The notes beneath the pieces are model-generated. The model was not told where the DNA came from. It worked only from the letters and a program-made list of their open reading frames with translations, and made no database searches. 64,000 bases of DNA, taken from positions 12,248-76,247 of the forward strand of contig DASWJT010000119.1 in NCBI GenBank assembly GCA_036397015.1. Direction: 5' to 3'. This DNA comes from Thermoanaerobaculia bacterium (GTDB lineage: Bacteria; Acidobacteriota; Thermoanaerobaculia; Multivoradales; JAGPDF01). Numbering within the stretch: position 1 is the stretch's first letter; every line of letters starts with the position of its first letter. The position numbers were made by a program, and so were the translations under genes. Below, piece after piece: positions 16,891-26,105 of this stretch.

Positions 16891-18773
16891 CGCGGCTTGC
16901 GCTGCACGCGCTCGAGCACGCGCGCCGAGTCCTTCATGCACTCCATCATGCGTTCTTCGAGAGCGCCGACGCGCGGCTCGAGGCTGCGCGCGCGCCCGAA
17001 GGCGTTGCGCGCGCGCTCCTCGTCGCCGGCGGCGAGGAGCGCCATGCCGAGGTGCGTCAGCGTCGTCGGCGAGGGCCCGAGCTCGTTCGAGCGCTCCAGG
17101 TAGTCGACCGCCTGGTCGAACTCCTTGCGCTTGTAGTGCACCCAGCCGAGCGCCGCGAGCGGGAACTGTTTGAGCTCGTCGGGGGCGAGCTCGAGCGAGC
17201 GGCGCGCGAAGTCGAGCGCCTCGTCGAGATCCTCCTCCATCTCGGCCAAGTTGTACGCCATCTCGTAGTAAGCGATGGTGTGGGTGAACGGCGACTCGCC
17301 GTCGGCAAGGAGCGCGCGGCCGATGCGGTTGCCCTCGCGAAAGTTGCCGGCGCTGCGCAGTGCCGCGATGAGCGCCGCCGAGGCCGTGGCGCGCAGCATC
17401 TCGCCCGGCGCCAGCTCGAGCACGCGGCGGGCCGTGCGCTCGAGCTCGTCGGTGCGGTCGAGCGACAGGCAGACGAGGGCGTACGACATGAGCAGCGTCG
17501 GATGGTCGGGCTCGAGCGCGAGCGCCTTGCGGAAGGCGCTCGCCGCCTTCTCGGCCCGGCCCGAGGCGACATGCTCCTCGGCGCGCGAGGCGAACCGCGC
17601 CGCCTCGCCCTCGACCTGCGGCAGGGGCATCGAATCGCTGCCGGAGAGGAAGCGCACCAGGTCCTGGTAGCGCAGGCGGCGCGGGTTGAGCCGCTGCGCC
17701 TCGCGGAAGGCGGCGAGCGCCTTGCGCCGCCACCGGCGGTCGAGATAGGCGAGGCCGAGCAGGTAGTGCGCCTCCTCGAGCGCCGGGTCGAGGCGCACCG
17801 CCTCGCGCAGGCGGCGGATCGAGTCGCCGACGCGGCCCATCTCGAAGTAGCAGTTGCCGAGCAGATAGAGCGCCTGCGGCACCGCATCGATCTCGACCGC
17901 GTGCTCGAGATAAACCGCGGCGCGGCCGAGCTCGCCGGTCGCCGCGTAGACGGCGCCGAGACTGAAGTGCGGCAGGAAGGCGTCGGGATAGACCTGCACG
18001 GCGCGCCGGAGCAGCGCCTCGGCGCCCGCGAAGTCGCCGCGCTCGTGGCGGATGACGCCCGAGAAGACGAGCGCCTCGAACTGGTCGGCGCGCTGCTCGA
18101 GCACGCGCTCGAAGTAGGTCAGAGCCTCGCCCTGCTCGCCCTCGTTGAACGCCGCCTCGCCCAGGTAGAGCGCCAGCTCGTAGTTCGAGCGGTCGAGCCG
18201 GAAGGCCTGCTCGAGGCTCTTCCGGGCGCGCTCGACGTCGAAGCCGAAGAGAGCGTACTCGGCGTCTTCCAGGTGGCTGAGGAACTCGTCGCGTCGGTCG
18301 CCGGCGTAGAGCGCCGCGATGCGCTCGCGCGCGCCGACGAAGCGCTCGCGCTTGTCGAGCGCCTTGAGCTGCGCCTCCATCTTGGTCTGCCAGAGGTCGC
18401 TCCACTCCTCGCGCACGAGCAGACGCCGCCGCTCGAGCAGCTCGCGCAGGGTGGCGAAGCCGGTCTGGCTGACGAGCAGGTTCTTCTCCTGCTTCTGCAC
18501 CGCGCCGAGCAGGCGGCCAACGGTCTCGGCGGTGCGCTTGACCGCCTCCTCGAGCAGCGAGACGCGCTCGAGCAGGTGCTCGTCGAGCGAGAAATCGGCC
18601 TCGCGCTCGCCGACCAGCTCGGCGCTCTCGTCGCCGACGGCTCCGGAGAGGACGAGCAGCTTCTGGTGGCAGCGCGCGCAGAGGTCGCGGTCAGCCGGAT
18701 TGGCGTGCCCGCAGGCCTGGCAGAGCACGCGGCCGCCGCCCGTGCCGCCGGCCTCAGCCCGCCGCGTAGACAT
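16887..18773 (-). CDS. TPR repeat protein with N-terminal zinc-ribbon (CxxC...CxxC)
   Basis: N-terminus has [19 protein letters not shown]. Multiple TPR motifs follow ([64 protein letters not shown]...). Stop overlaps the proS ATG (ATGA). Alternative GTG start at ~18728 would remove the 20-bp overlap with the upstream gene. Confidence 0.7.
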   Translation of the reverse strand: MSTRRAEAGGTGGGRVLCQACGHANPADRDLCARCHQKLLVLSGAVGDESAELVGEREADFSLDEHLLERVSLLEEAVKRTAETVGRLLGAVQKQEKNLLVSQTGFATLRELLERRRLLVREEWSDLWQTKMEAQLKALDKRERFVGARERIAALYAGDRRDEFLSHLEDAEYALFGFDVERARKSLEQAFRLDRSNYELALYLGEAAFNEGEQGEALTYFERVLEQRADQFEALVFSGVIRHERGDFAGAEALLRRAVQVYPDAFLPHFSLGAVYAATGELGRAAVYLEHAVEIDAVPQALYLLGNCYFEMGRVGDSIRRLREAVRLDPALEEAHYLLGLAYLDRRWRRKALAAFREAQRLNPRRLRYQDLVRFLSGSDSMPLPQVEGEAARFASRAEEHVASGRAEKAASAFRKALALEPDHPTLLMSYALVCLSLDRTDELERTARRVLELAPGEMLRATASAALIAALRSAGNFREGNRIGRALLADGESPFTHTIAYYEMAYNLAEMEEDLDEALDFARRSLELAPDELKQFPLAALGWVHYKRKEFDQAVDYLERSNELGPSPTTLTHLGMALLAAGDEERARNAFGRARSLEPRVGALEERMMECMKDSARVLERVQRKPR

Positions 18774-19611
18774 GGAACCCGCGGCCGCTCTTGCGGCCCA
18801 GCCAGCCGGCGTCCACCATCTTGACGAGCAGCGGGCACGGCCGATACTTGTCGTCGCCGAGCCCCTCGTGGAGCACGCGCAGAATGTCGAGGCAGACGTC
18901 GAGCCCGATCAGGTCGGCGAGCGCGAGCGGTCCCATCGGATGGTTCATGCCGAGCTTCATCACGTCGTCGATCGCGACCGCCTCGCCGACGCCCTCGTGG
19001 AGGCAGAAGATCGCCTCGTTGATCATCGGCATCAGCACGCGGTTCGAGACGAAGCCCGGTGCGTCGTTGACCTCGACCGGCGTCTTGCCCAGCGCCCGCG
19101 TGGTGGCGTCGACGACGTCGTAGACCGCCTGCGCCGTCTCGAGGCCGCGGATGATCTCGACCAGCTGCATGAGCGGCACCGGATTCATGAAGTGCATGCC
19201 GATGACACGCTCGGGACGCGAGGTGTGCGCCGCGAGCTTGGTGATCGAGATCGAGGAGGTGTTCGACGCCAGTACGGCGTCGGGGCCGAGCAGCCGGTCG
19301 AGCGCCGCGAGCACCTCGCGCTTGACCGCGAAGCGCTCGACCACCGCCTCGACCACGAGGTCGGCGCCGGCGAGCGCCGCGAGCTCGCCGCCGGTGACGA
19401 GCCGCGCCCGCGCGGCGTCGCGCGCCGCGGCGTCGAGCCGGCCCTTCGCCACCAGCCGCTCGAGGCTCTTCTCGATCGCCGCCCTCCCCCGGGCCAGGGC
19501 GCCGGCGTCGACGTCGACCATCACCGTGTCGAAGCCGGCGGCGGCGGCGACCTGCGCGATGCCGCTGCCCATCGTGCCGGCGCCGACGACGCCGATCGTG
19601 CGGATCTCCAT
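18754..19611 (-). CDS. hbd: 3-hydroxyacyl-CoA / 3-hydroxybutyryl-CoA dehydrogenase
   Basis: ATG at 19611 verified in DNA. NAD-binding [18 protein letters not shown] signature NTSSISI and [13 protein letters not shown]. Length 285 aa, as expected for short-chain HCDH. Confidence 0.9.
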   Translation of the reverse strand: MEIRTIGVVGAGTMGSGIAQVAAAAGFDTVMVDVDAGALARGRAAIEKSLERLVAKGRLDAAARDAARARLVTGGELAALAGADLVVEAVVERFAVKREVLAALDRLLGPDAVLASNTSSISITKLAAHTSRPERVIGMHFMNPVPLMQLVEIIRGLETAQAVYDVVDATTRALGKTPVEVNDAPGFVSNRVLMPMINEAIFCLHEGVGEAVAIDDVMKLGMNHPMGPLALADLIGLDVCLDILRVLHEGLGDDKYRPCPLLVKMVDAGWLGRKSGRGFHVYAAG

Positions 19612-19695
19612 CCTGCGCGCGACCTCCGCGGCCGAGACTATGGAGTCGCTGCGCGGAGGGTCAAGGCGATGCGCGCCGTCGCCGGCGCGCCGCGC

Positions 19696-20604
19696 TCACG
19701 CGAGCAGCTCTGCGGACAGCCACTCCTCGCGCTCGCGTCCGAAGCGTGTGCGCAGCGCGGCGCCGACGCCGACCAGCGTCACCGTCGACCACACCACGAC
19801 GCCGAGCCAGGGCACGAACTTGAGGGTGCCGAGCAGCGCGAGGCCGACGCAGGCTTCGTCGAGCATCGGCCGGCGGCGGCGGCGGCCGACGAGCGCCCGG
19901 CCCGCGGCGCGAAAGACCGCCACGCTGCCCCACAGCTTGGCGGCGAGCGCCGCGAGCACCGCGAGCGCGAGCAGCGGCAGGGCGAAGGCCGAGGGCAGCA
20001 GCGCCGCGAGCAAGAGCGCCGAGAGGAAGAGCGCCACGACCGCCGTGAGGCCGGTGGCGAAGCAGAGCCCCGGCGCGGCGCGCACTTCGGCGGAGGCGGC
20101 ACCGAGCCCGCGCCCGCTGGCGGCGACCAGGCCGATGGTGAGCAGCAGCCACGCCGCCATCAGGCCGAGCTTGGCGCCGACGACGATCGGCGACGTCGCG
20201 GCGAGGCCGAGGCTCGGTCCCTCGAGCAGCGTCAGCCAGGCGCGCGAGAAGGTGGGATAAGCGACGCTGCGGCCTTCGATGCGCGCGCCCGGCGCGGCAT
20301 GCAGCCTGCCGCCCAGCACCTGCACGTGGCCGCGCACCACGGCGGTCGCGGCGAGCTCAGCGTCACCGCCGAGCACAGTGACGTCGCCCGCCACCGTGCC
20401 GGTGATCCGCGCCGTGCCGTCGAGCGCGGTGACACCGGCGAGCGCCTCGCCGTCGACGACGGCGTCGCGCCCGACGGCGACGATCTGGTGACGGGCCACC
20501 GCGCCGCGCTCGAGGACGAGCGCCGGCGCGTCGGAGAGACCCGACGGGAGTGTCGGCGCCGCCGCCAGGGCGAGCGCCAAGCCGAGCGCTGGAAGCAACG
20601 TCAC
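19696..20604 (-). CDS. hypothetical membrane protein with periplasmic beta-helix / bactofilin-like repeat region; third gene of ECF sigma operon
   Basis: Signal-like N-terminus. Repetitive segment GTARITGTVAGDVTVLGGDAELAATAVVRGHVQVLGG reminiscent of DUF583/bactofilin-like repeats, followed by at least 3 predicted TM helices. Start overlaps the anti-sigma stop by 4 bp. Domain assignment is tentative. Confidence 0.5.
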   Translation of the reverse strand: MTLLPALGLALALAAAPTLPSGLSDAPALVLERGAVARHQIVAVGRDAVVDGEALAGVTALDGTARITGTVAGDVTVLGGDAELAATAVVRGHVQVLGGRLHAAPGARIEGRSVAYPTFSRAWLTLLEGPSLGLAATSPIVVGAKLGLMAAWLLLTIGLVAASGRGLGAASAEVRAAPGLCFATGLTAVVALFLSALLLAALLPSAFALPLLALAVLAALAAKLWGSVAVFRAAGRALVGRRRRRPMLDEACVGLALLGTLKFVPWLGVVVWSTVTLVGVGAALRTRFGREREEWLSAELLA

Positions 20605-21185
20605 GCCGAGAGCTTAGAACGGCTCGCAGCCGCCGCGGCGACGGAGCGCGAGCGGCGGCGGATCAGGCGGAAGAGCAGGTAGTTGGTGCCGACGGCGAGC
20701 GCGCCGGCCGCAGCCCAGTTGGCGGCCGAGTCGCCCAGCCACGCTCCGACCGCGCTGCCCAGCCCCTGCCACGAGGCCGAGGCGACGCCGCCGCCGGCGG
20801 CGATGGCCGCGCGCACGAGATCGGCGACGGCATAGAGCGCGGCGGCGGCGCCGCCCGCGGGCGCGAGCTCCGCGGCGCCGAAGCCGACGAGCGCCGCGCC
20901 GGCGCCGCCCACGGCGACGAGCAGGGCCACCGGCAGCGCCCAGGCGCGCGGCGCGCGCGCCTCCCAGGGTGCGGGCTCGAGCGCTGCCATCACCTCGCGT
21001 GCGAATCCGGCGCGCACGTCGACGCGCGCGGTGGCGAGGCGCGACGCGACCGCCGCGCCGCGCGCGAGCTCGGCGCGGCAGGCCGCGCATTCGGCGGCGT
21101 GCGCGTCGAGCTCGTCTTGCGCCGCGCCGTCGAGCACGCCGTCGGCCGCGAGGTCGATCCACTCTGCGTAGCGCTCGTCGTGCAT
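20601..21185 (-). CDS. anti-sigma factor (zf-HC2 / ZAS-type) with C-terminal TM region
   Basis: HxxxCxxC motif (DELDAHAAECAACRAE) in the N-terminal ~40 aa. Hydrophobic C-terminal half. Lies immediately downstream of the ECF sigma gene with a 21-bp gap. Confidence 0.65.
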   Translation of the reverse strand: MHDERYAEWIDLAADGVLDGAAQDELDAHAAECAACRAELARGAAVASRLATARVDVRAGFAREVMAALEPAPWEARAPRAWALPVALLVAVGGAGAALVGFGAAELAPAGGAAAALYAVADLVRAAIAAGGGVASASWQGLGSAVGAWLGDSAANWAAAGALAVGTNYLLFRLIRRRSRSVAAAAASRSKLSA

Positions 21186-21206
21186 CTCGCGCTCCCTCGT
21201 CGCTCC

Positions 21207-21770
21207 TCAGCTCGCCGGCGCGAGCAGCGCCTTGAGCATCTGGCGCGCCCGGAAGAGCTTGTTCTTCACCGTGCCGAGCGGCATTCCCTTCGCCTCCGCG
21301 ATCTCGTCGTAGGCGAGCTCACCGTAGTGCCGCAGCAGGATGAGCTCGCGGTACTCCCAGGGCAGCGCTTCGATCGCCGCCCGCACGCCGGCGTCGCGCT
21401 CGCCGTCGGCGAGCGCCAGATCCGCGGCCGGCGCATCGTCGACCAGCTCGACGCCGCGCTGGAGCTCGCCCTGGCCGTCCTCGTGGTCGCCGATCGGCAC
21501 CATGCGGAAGCGCCGCCGCCGGATCTGGTCGATGGCGGCGTTCTGCGCCACCCGGAACAACCAGGTCGAGAAGCGGTACTTCGGATCGAACCGGTCGAGC
21601 GCCTGATACACGCGAACGAAGACCTCCTGCGCCAGATCGTGGGCGTCGTCGAGATTGCGCACCAGGCGGAAGAGGTAGTTCACCAGCCGCGCCTGGTAGC
21701 GCTCCACGATCTCGGCGAAGCGCTCCCGGTCCCCGGCGAGGACCGCCTCCACGAGCTGTTCGTCCGTCAT
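21207..21770 (-). CDS. RNA polymerase ECF-type sigma-70 factor
   Basis: Sigma-2 region (LVNYLFRLVRNLDDAHDLAQEVFVRVYQALDRFD...FSTWLFRVAQNAAIDQIRRR). Sigma-4 HTH (ELILLRHYGELAYDEIAEAKGMPLGTVKNKLFRARQ). ATG at 21770 (MTDEQLVEAVLAGD). Alternative ATG at 21791 (MPHEPEAM...), 7 codons upstream, is possibly leaderless. Confidence 0.85.
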   Translation of the reverse strand: MTDEQLVEAVLAGDRERFAEIVERYQARLVNYLFRLVRNLDDAHDLAQEVFVRVYQALDRFDPKYRFSTWLFRVAQNAAIDQIRRRRFRMVPIGDHEDGQGELQRGVELVDDAPAADLALADGERDAGVRAAIEALPWEYRELILLRHYGELAYDEIAEAKGMPLGTVKNKLFRARQMLKALLAPAS

Positions 21771-21798
21771 GGCTTCCGGCTCGTGCGGCATGGCTGAG

Positions 21799-21825
21799 TA
21801 CGTGGCGGGGCCGTTTCGGGTTGCA
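21799..21825 (-). promoter_or_regulatory. candidate ECF-type promoter (TGCAAC-N17-CGTA) upstream of the ECF sigma gene
   Basis: Minus-strand sequence tgcaac-ccgaaacggccccgcca-cgtact lies 7-8 nt before the ATG at 21791. The AAC and CGT elements resemble ECF sigma -35/-10 motifs. The inferred TSS falls at or beside the ATG, which implies a leaderless transcript. Confidence 0.25.
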
Positions 21826-21921
21826 GCGGAGCGGTCCGGCGGTGCGGCGGCGGGTGCCCATGGGTGCCGCCGGACCGCGCCGGCGAGGCGCTCGACGAGC
21901 CTCGGGCGACGGCCGGGGATC

Positions 21922-23973
21922 CTACCGGAGCGGCGCCCAGGAGGCGTCGACCTCGCGGATCGCGAGGATGCGATCGCGCTGGCGCAGCCGGTCGAGGACC
22001 GTCTCGCCTTCGACGACGCGGCCGACGACGGTGAAGGCGCCGTCGAGGTGCGGCTGGGGCGCGAGGGCGACGAAGAACTGGCTGCCGCCGGTGTCGGGAC
22101 CCGAGAGCGCCATGCCGATCGCGCCGCGCTCGTAGCGCAGGCGATTGATCTCGTCGCGCAGCCGGTAGCCGGGGCCGCCCCAGCCGTCGCCACGCGGGTC
22201 GCCCCCCTGGGCCACGAAGTCGGGCACGACGCGATGAAACGGCGTGCCGTCGTAGAAACCGGCGGCGGCGAGCTGCACGAACGACAGGCAGGTGAGCGGC
22301 GCCTCGGCGCAGGCGAGCTCGAAGAGCAGGCGGCCGCGCTCGGTCTCGACCGCGAGCCGGCGCGGGCGCTCGGTCTGCCGCAGCACGTCGCGGTAGGCAG
22401 CGAGGTCGCGGCCGGTGGCGACCGCGCCGATCGCGGGCTGCGGCGCGCCGAGCTCGGCGAGGCCCGCGGCCGCCGCCCGGCGCACGAGCCAGTCGCCGTC
22501 CTCGCTCAGGCGGGCGAGCGCCTCGACGATTTCGGCGCGATCGGGCGCCGGCGGCGTCCGGCCGCGCGTCACCAGCACCCGGATGCCGGCCAGGCGGACG
22601 TCGTTCTGCGCGCCGTCGCGGCGGGCGCGATCGACGAGCTCGGCGACGCGCGCCGGCGCGAGCTCCGCCGCCTCGGCGAGGGCGTCGAGCGCCGAGGCCC
22701 GCACCGGCGCATCGGGGTCGGCGAGCGCGGCGAGGAGCGCCGCGCTCTCGCCGCGCCGCGCCAGCGCGTCGAGCGCGGCGATGCGCGTCGGCGGCTCGGC
22801 GTCGCGCGCGAGCTCGAGCACGAGCTCGCGATCGTTCGGCCCGCCCGCCGCTTCGGCGGCGCGCGCGCGCAGCCAGCGGTCGGCGCTTGCGGCGGCCTCG
22901 GCGAGGAGAGCCGGCGCATCGGCCACGCCGCCGGTCGCGAGCGCGACGAGCGCCAGCTCGCGCTCGCGCGGCTCGCCCTCGGCCCAGGCGCCGCGCAGCG
23001 CCGCCTCGAGCGCCGGGTGCGGCAGGAAGCGCCCCGCCGCCTCGAGCGCCGCGGCGCGGATCCCCGGCGCCGGATCGGCGACGAGCGCCGCGAGCCGGTC
23101 GCCCCAGGCGAGCGGCGGCAGCGCCTCGGCGCGCGCGAGCAGGGCGGAGCCGGCGCGCAGCGCCTGCACCCGCGGCGAGACGACCGGGTCGGCGACGAGC
23201 GGCAGCAGGCGCGCGAGGTCGTCGAGCGCGCCCACCTGTCCCAGGCCGCGCGCCGCGGCGGCGCGCACGGCCGGGTCGCGATCGGCGAGGAGACCGCGCA
23301 GGAGCGTCAGGCCCGCCGGCTGCGCCTCGCGGCCGAGGGCGTAAGCCGCGCCGCGGCGCACTTCGGGATCGCCGCTGCGCAGGAGGTCGGCGGCGGCGTC
23401 GACCGCCGCCGGCTCCCGGAAGCGGAAAAGATGCGGCGCGAGGCGCCGCGCGGCCGCCGCCGGGTCGAGCACGCCGAGCGCCCGGCGCACGTCGGCGAGC
23501 GGCGCGGCGAGCTTGCCGAGCGCCTCGACGGCGAGCGCGCCGAGCTCGGGATCGTCGTCGACCGCGGCGACGATCAGCGCGCGCGCCGCCTCGGCCGCGC
23601 CGAGCTCGCCGAGCGCGAACGCCGCCGCCCGGCGCACCTCCGCGTCGACGTCGACGAGCAGGCCCTGCAGCAGGCTGCGGGCGCGCCGGTCGCCGATCCG
23701 GCCGAGCGCCACGGCGAGCGCCCGCCGCACCTCGAGCGGACCGCCGAGCATCGCCTCGAGCGTCTGCGGCTCGTAGAGCCGCCGGTCGGCCAGCATGAGC
23801 AGGAGCGCGCGGCTCTCGAAGCTGGCGTCCACGGTCGTCTCCGGCGCCGCCGGCCGCGGCGCGCTCGCCGGCCGCGGCGGCGACGCGGTGGAGCAGCCTG
23901 CGGCGAGAGCGATCACCGCGAGGGCGAGAGCCGAGGCGAGGCGAGAGGCCGGGGGAACGATCACGCCCCGCAT
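21922..23973 (-). CDS. lipoprotein with HEAT / PBS-lyase-like repeats and C-terminal cyclophilin-type peptidyl-prolyl cis-trans isomerase domain
   Basis: ATG at 23973 with lipobox LAVIALAAGCSTA. Repeated (D/E)xxVRxxAAxALGxxG HEAT-like units. C-terminal cyclophilin signature (FHRVVPDFVAQGGDPRGDGWGGPGYRLRDEI...GAIGMALSGPDTGGSQFFV). The upstream 23974..28215 part of the 2097-aa track ORF is shadow. Confidence 0.8.
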   Translation of the reverse strand: MRGVIVPPASRLASALALAVIALAAGCSTASPPRPASAPRPAAPETTVDASFESRALLLMLADRRLYEPQTLEAMLGGPLEVRRALAVALGRIGDRRARSLLQGLLVDVDAEVRRAAAFALGELGAAEAARALIVAAVDDDPELGALAVEALGKLAAPLADVRRALGVLDPAAAARRLAPHLFRFREPAAVDAAADLLRSGDPEVRRGAAYALGREAQPAGLTLLRGLLADRDPAVRAAAARGLGQVGALDDLARLLPLVADPVVSPRVQALRAGSALLARAEALPPLAWGDRLAALVADPAPGIRAAALEAAGRFLPHPALEAALRGAWAEGEPRERELALVALATGGVADAPALLAEAAASADRWLRARAAEAAGGPNDRELVLELARDAEPPTRIAALDALARRGESAALLAALADPDAPVRASALDALAEAAELAPARVAELVDRARRDGAQNDVRLAGIRVLVTRGRTPPAPDRAEIVEALARLSEDGDWLVRRAAAAGLAELGAPQPAIGAVATGRDLAAYRDVLRQTERPRRLAVETERGRLLFELACAEAPLTCLSFVQLAAAGFYDGTPFHRVVPDFVAQGGDPRGDGWGGPGYRLRDEINRLRYERGAIGMALSGPDTGGSQFFVALAPQPHLDGAFTVVGRVVEGETVLDRLRQRDRILAIREVDASWAPLR

Positions 23974-24017
23974 CGTATCGCCGGCGCGCGCGCGCCCGCC
24001 GCTCGGCGCCCCGGCGC

Positions 24018-26105
24018 TCACCGCGGCGCGCCGGCGAGCGCAGGCTGCCGCCGGGTCGGATCCGGCGCCGGCGGCGCGAGGAGCTCGGCGGGCTTCACGC
24101 CGCCCCAGAGCCGCAGCACGGCGCACGGCGCGAACGGCGGCTCCCCGGCGCCGGCGGGCGCCGAGACGTCGCGCACGCGGACGTGACGGATGTGCGGCCC
24201 CCCCGGCGAGATCCCTTCGAGCAGCGCCCAGACGGGGTACTCGTAGCTCGCCTGGTTGGTGATCAGGCCGACGCGGTCGCAGCCAGCGGCGCGCAGCCGC
24301 GCCAGCAGCCCTCGCAGGTGCGGGCCCTCGCGGGGGCGGCCGGCGAAGAGCTGCCGGCTCGGCGGCGAGGTGAAAACGCTCTCGCCGCCAAAGAGCGGGC
24401 GGATCTCGTTGGCGAGGAGCGGCGGGGTCGCCGCCACCGCCAGCACGAGCGCCGCGGCGAGCGCCAGGCGCCTCGTCCGCCCGCCCGCCAGCGCGGTGCC
24501 GACCCACGGCGCCATCAAAACGAGCGCCGGCAGCAACAGGCGGGCGTTCGCCGTCTGCCAGCGAAAGAGGGCCGCGAAGAGGACGAAGCCCGACAACAGG
24601 CAGAGGAAGTAGGCGCGTCGCACCGCGCGCCACCGGCGCGCGGGCGCCGTCCAGGCGAGGCCGGCGGCGACAGCGAAGAGGAGCAGGTGCAGTGGCGCTC
24701 CGGCGCTGCTCTCGTGTCGCCAGCGGTCGGGCACACGGAACGGCTCGTCGGCGAAAGTCGTGATCGGACCGCGCCGCTCGAGCGCCAGGGCGGCGTGTAG
24801 CGCGCTCGTGGCGCCGGCGACGCTCCGATTCCATGCGTGCCAGGGGCCGGCGAGGAGCGACGCACTGTTGCGCAGGGCGTTCGACATCGTCGTCGCGGCG
24901 AGCGGCCCCGCACCGAGATAGCGCTCGAACTCCGGCGGCCCGAGCGGTTCGCCGAAGACCCGCGCGTTGCGCGAGGCGTGACCGGCGACGAGCGCCGCGG
25001 CGAAGAGCGCGGCGCCGGCGGCCGCCGCAACCAGCGGCGCGCTCGCGACGCCGCGGCGGCGCGCGCGCCGCAGTCGCGCGAGAGTGCACCAGAGGAGGAA
25101 GGGCAGGGCGACGGCCGCGCCGGTCGCCTTGGTCAACAGCAGGAGCCCCGCGGCGCCGCCGGCGAGCACGAGCGACGCCCCCCCGCCCCGGCGGCGCAGG
25201 CGCAGCCCGAGAAGCACGACGGCCACGGCCCAGAACGCCGCGACCTCGTCGGTCTGCGTGCTCGTCGCCTGCAGGATCGCCATCGGGATCGTCGCGGCGA
25301 CAAACGCCGCGACGAGGCGGCCCTGCCGCGCCGCGCCGAGCTCGGCGGCGATCGCCGACGAGCCGGCGACGGCGCCGACGAAGGCCAGCCACTGTACGAG
25401 GTTGGCGAGCGCGTCGCTCCCCACGAGCAGCCGCAGGTGGAGCACCACGAACTCGGCGAACGGCGGAAAGTAGATCTGCTTCAGATTGTGGGTGGCGAAG
25501 TGCGCGACGCTCGCCTGCTGCTGCCAGTGGCGGACGCGCGGGAGGTGGTAGAGCATCGAGTCGAAGTTGTTCGGGGTCGCCGCCAGCGCGACGAGCAGAG
25601 TGACCGCTAGGACGCAACCGACGAGCACGAGCAACAGGAGCTCGCGCCCCGCGGCGCGAAGCGGACGGGCGACAGAGGACGAGGTCTCGACAGCCGGTGC
25701 GGCCGCGCGCCGACCGACCGCGACCATCGCGAAGGCGGCGGCGCTCCAGCCGAGCGCGACCGGCAGGGGCCGGAGCGCCCCGAGCAGGCTCAGAGCTTCG
25801 GTCAGGCCGACGAGAGATGCGCCCCAGACGACGGCGCCGCCCGGCGCGGCGAAGCGCCAGCTCCAGCCGCGGCGCCGCAGCGCCCACATCGCGGCACCGA
25901 GGGCGAGGAGCGGCAGGAGAGCGAGGATCGCGCGCACGGAACGAGAGCCGCGCAGGGTGACGGAGGCCGGGGCCGGATCGGATCCGATCGGCGCCGCGCG
26001 CGGGCGGCGCGACTCTAGCCCGATCGGTCCACCACTCGCCGTCTCGCGCGCCACCCGGTCCGCGGCGAGGGCGAGGCGGGCGGCGATCGAGTAATCTCGC
26101 GGCAT
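24018..26105 (-). CDS. polytopic membrane protein, probable glycosyltransferase family 39 / ArnT-PMT-like
   Basis: >10 hydrophobic helices, non-shadow composition (W/F/Y/H/N-rich loops), ~695 aa, consistent with GT-C fold transferases. Start is uncertain. ATG at 26105 (MPRDYSIAARLALAADRVARETASGG) overlaps the divergent ccmA ATG in a CATG palindrome. GTG at 26054 is an alternative. Confidence 0.55.
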   Translation of the reverse strand: MPRDYSIAARLALAADRVARETASGGPIGLESRRPRAAPIGSDPAPASVTLRGSRSVRAILALLPLLALGAAMWALRRRGWSWRFAAPGGAVVWGASLVGLTEALSLLGALRPLPVALGWSAAAFAMVAVGRRAAAPAVETSSSVARPLRAAGRELLLLVLVGCVLAVTLLVALAATPNNFDSMLYHLPRVRHWQQQASVAHFATHNLKQIYFPPFAEFVVLHLRLLVGSDALANLVQWLAFVGAVAGSSAIAAELGAARQGRLVAAFVAATIPMAILQATSTQTDEVAAFWAVAVVLLGLRLRRRGGGASLVLAGGAAGLLLLTKATGAAVALPFLLWCTLARLRRARRRGVASAPLVAAAAGAALFAAALVAGHASRNARVFGEPLGPPEFERYLGAGPLAATTMSNALRNSASLLAGPWHAWNRSVAGATSALHAALALERRGPITTFADEPFRVPDRWRHESSAGAPLHLLLFAVAAGLAWTAPARRWRAVRRAYFLCLLSGFVLFAALFRWQTANARLLLPALVLMAPWVGTALAGGRTRRLALAAALVLAVAATPPLLANEIRPLFGGESVFTSPPSRQLFAGRPREGPHLRGLLARLRAAGCDRVGLITNQASYEYPVWALLEGISPGGPHIRHVRVRDVSAPAGAGEPPFAPCAVLRLWGGVKPAELLAPPAPDPTRRQPALAGAPR

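Noticed and set aside
17052-21797. Plus-strand ORFs 17052..18824, 18319..20682 and 20550..21797 antisense to the TPR / hbd / membrane / anti-sigma / sigma genes. Also minus ORFs 20614..21162 and 21319..21861
   Set aside because: Shadow ORFs. The real genes (hbd, ECF sigma, anti-sigma) are unambiguous on the minus strand.
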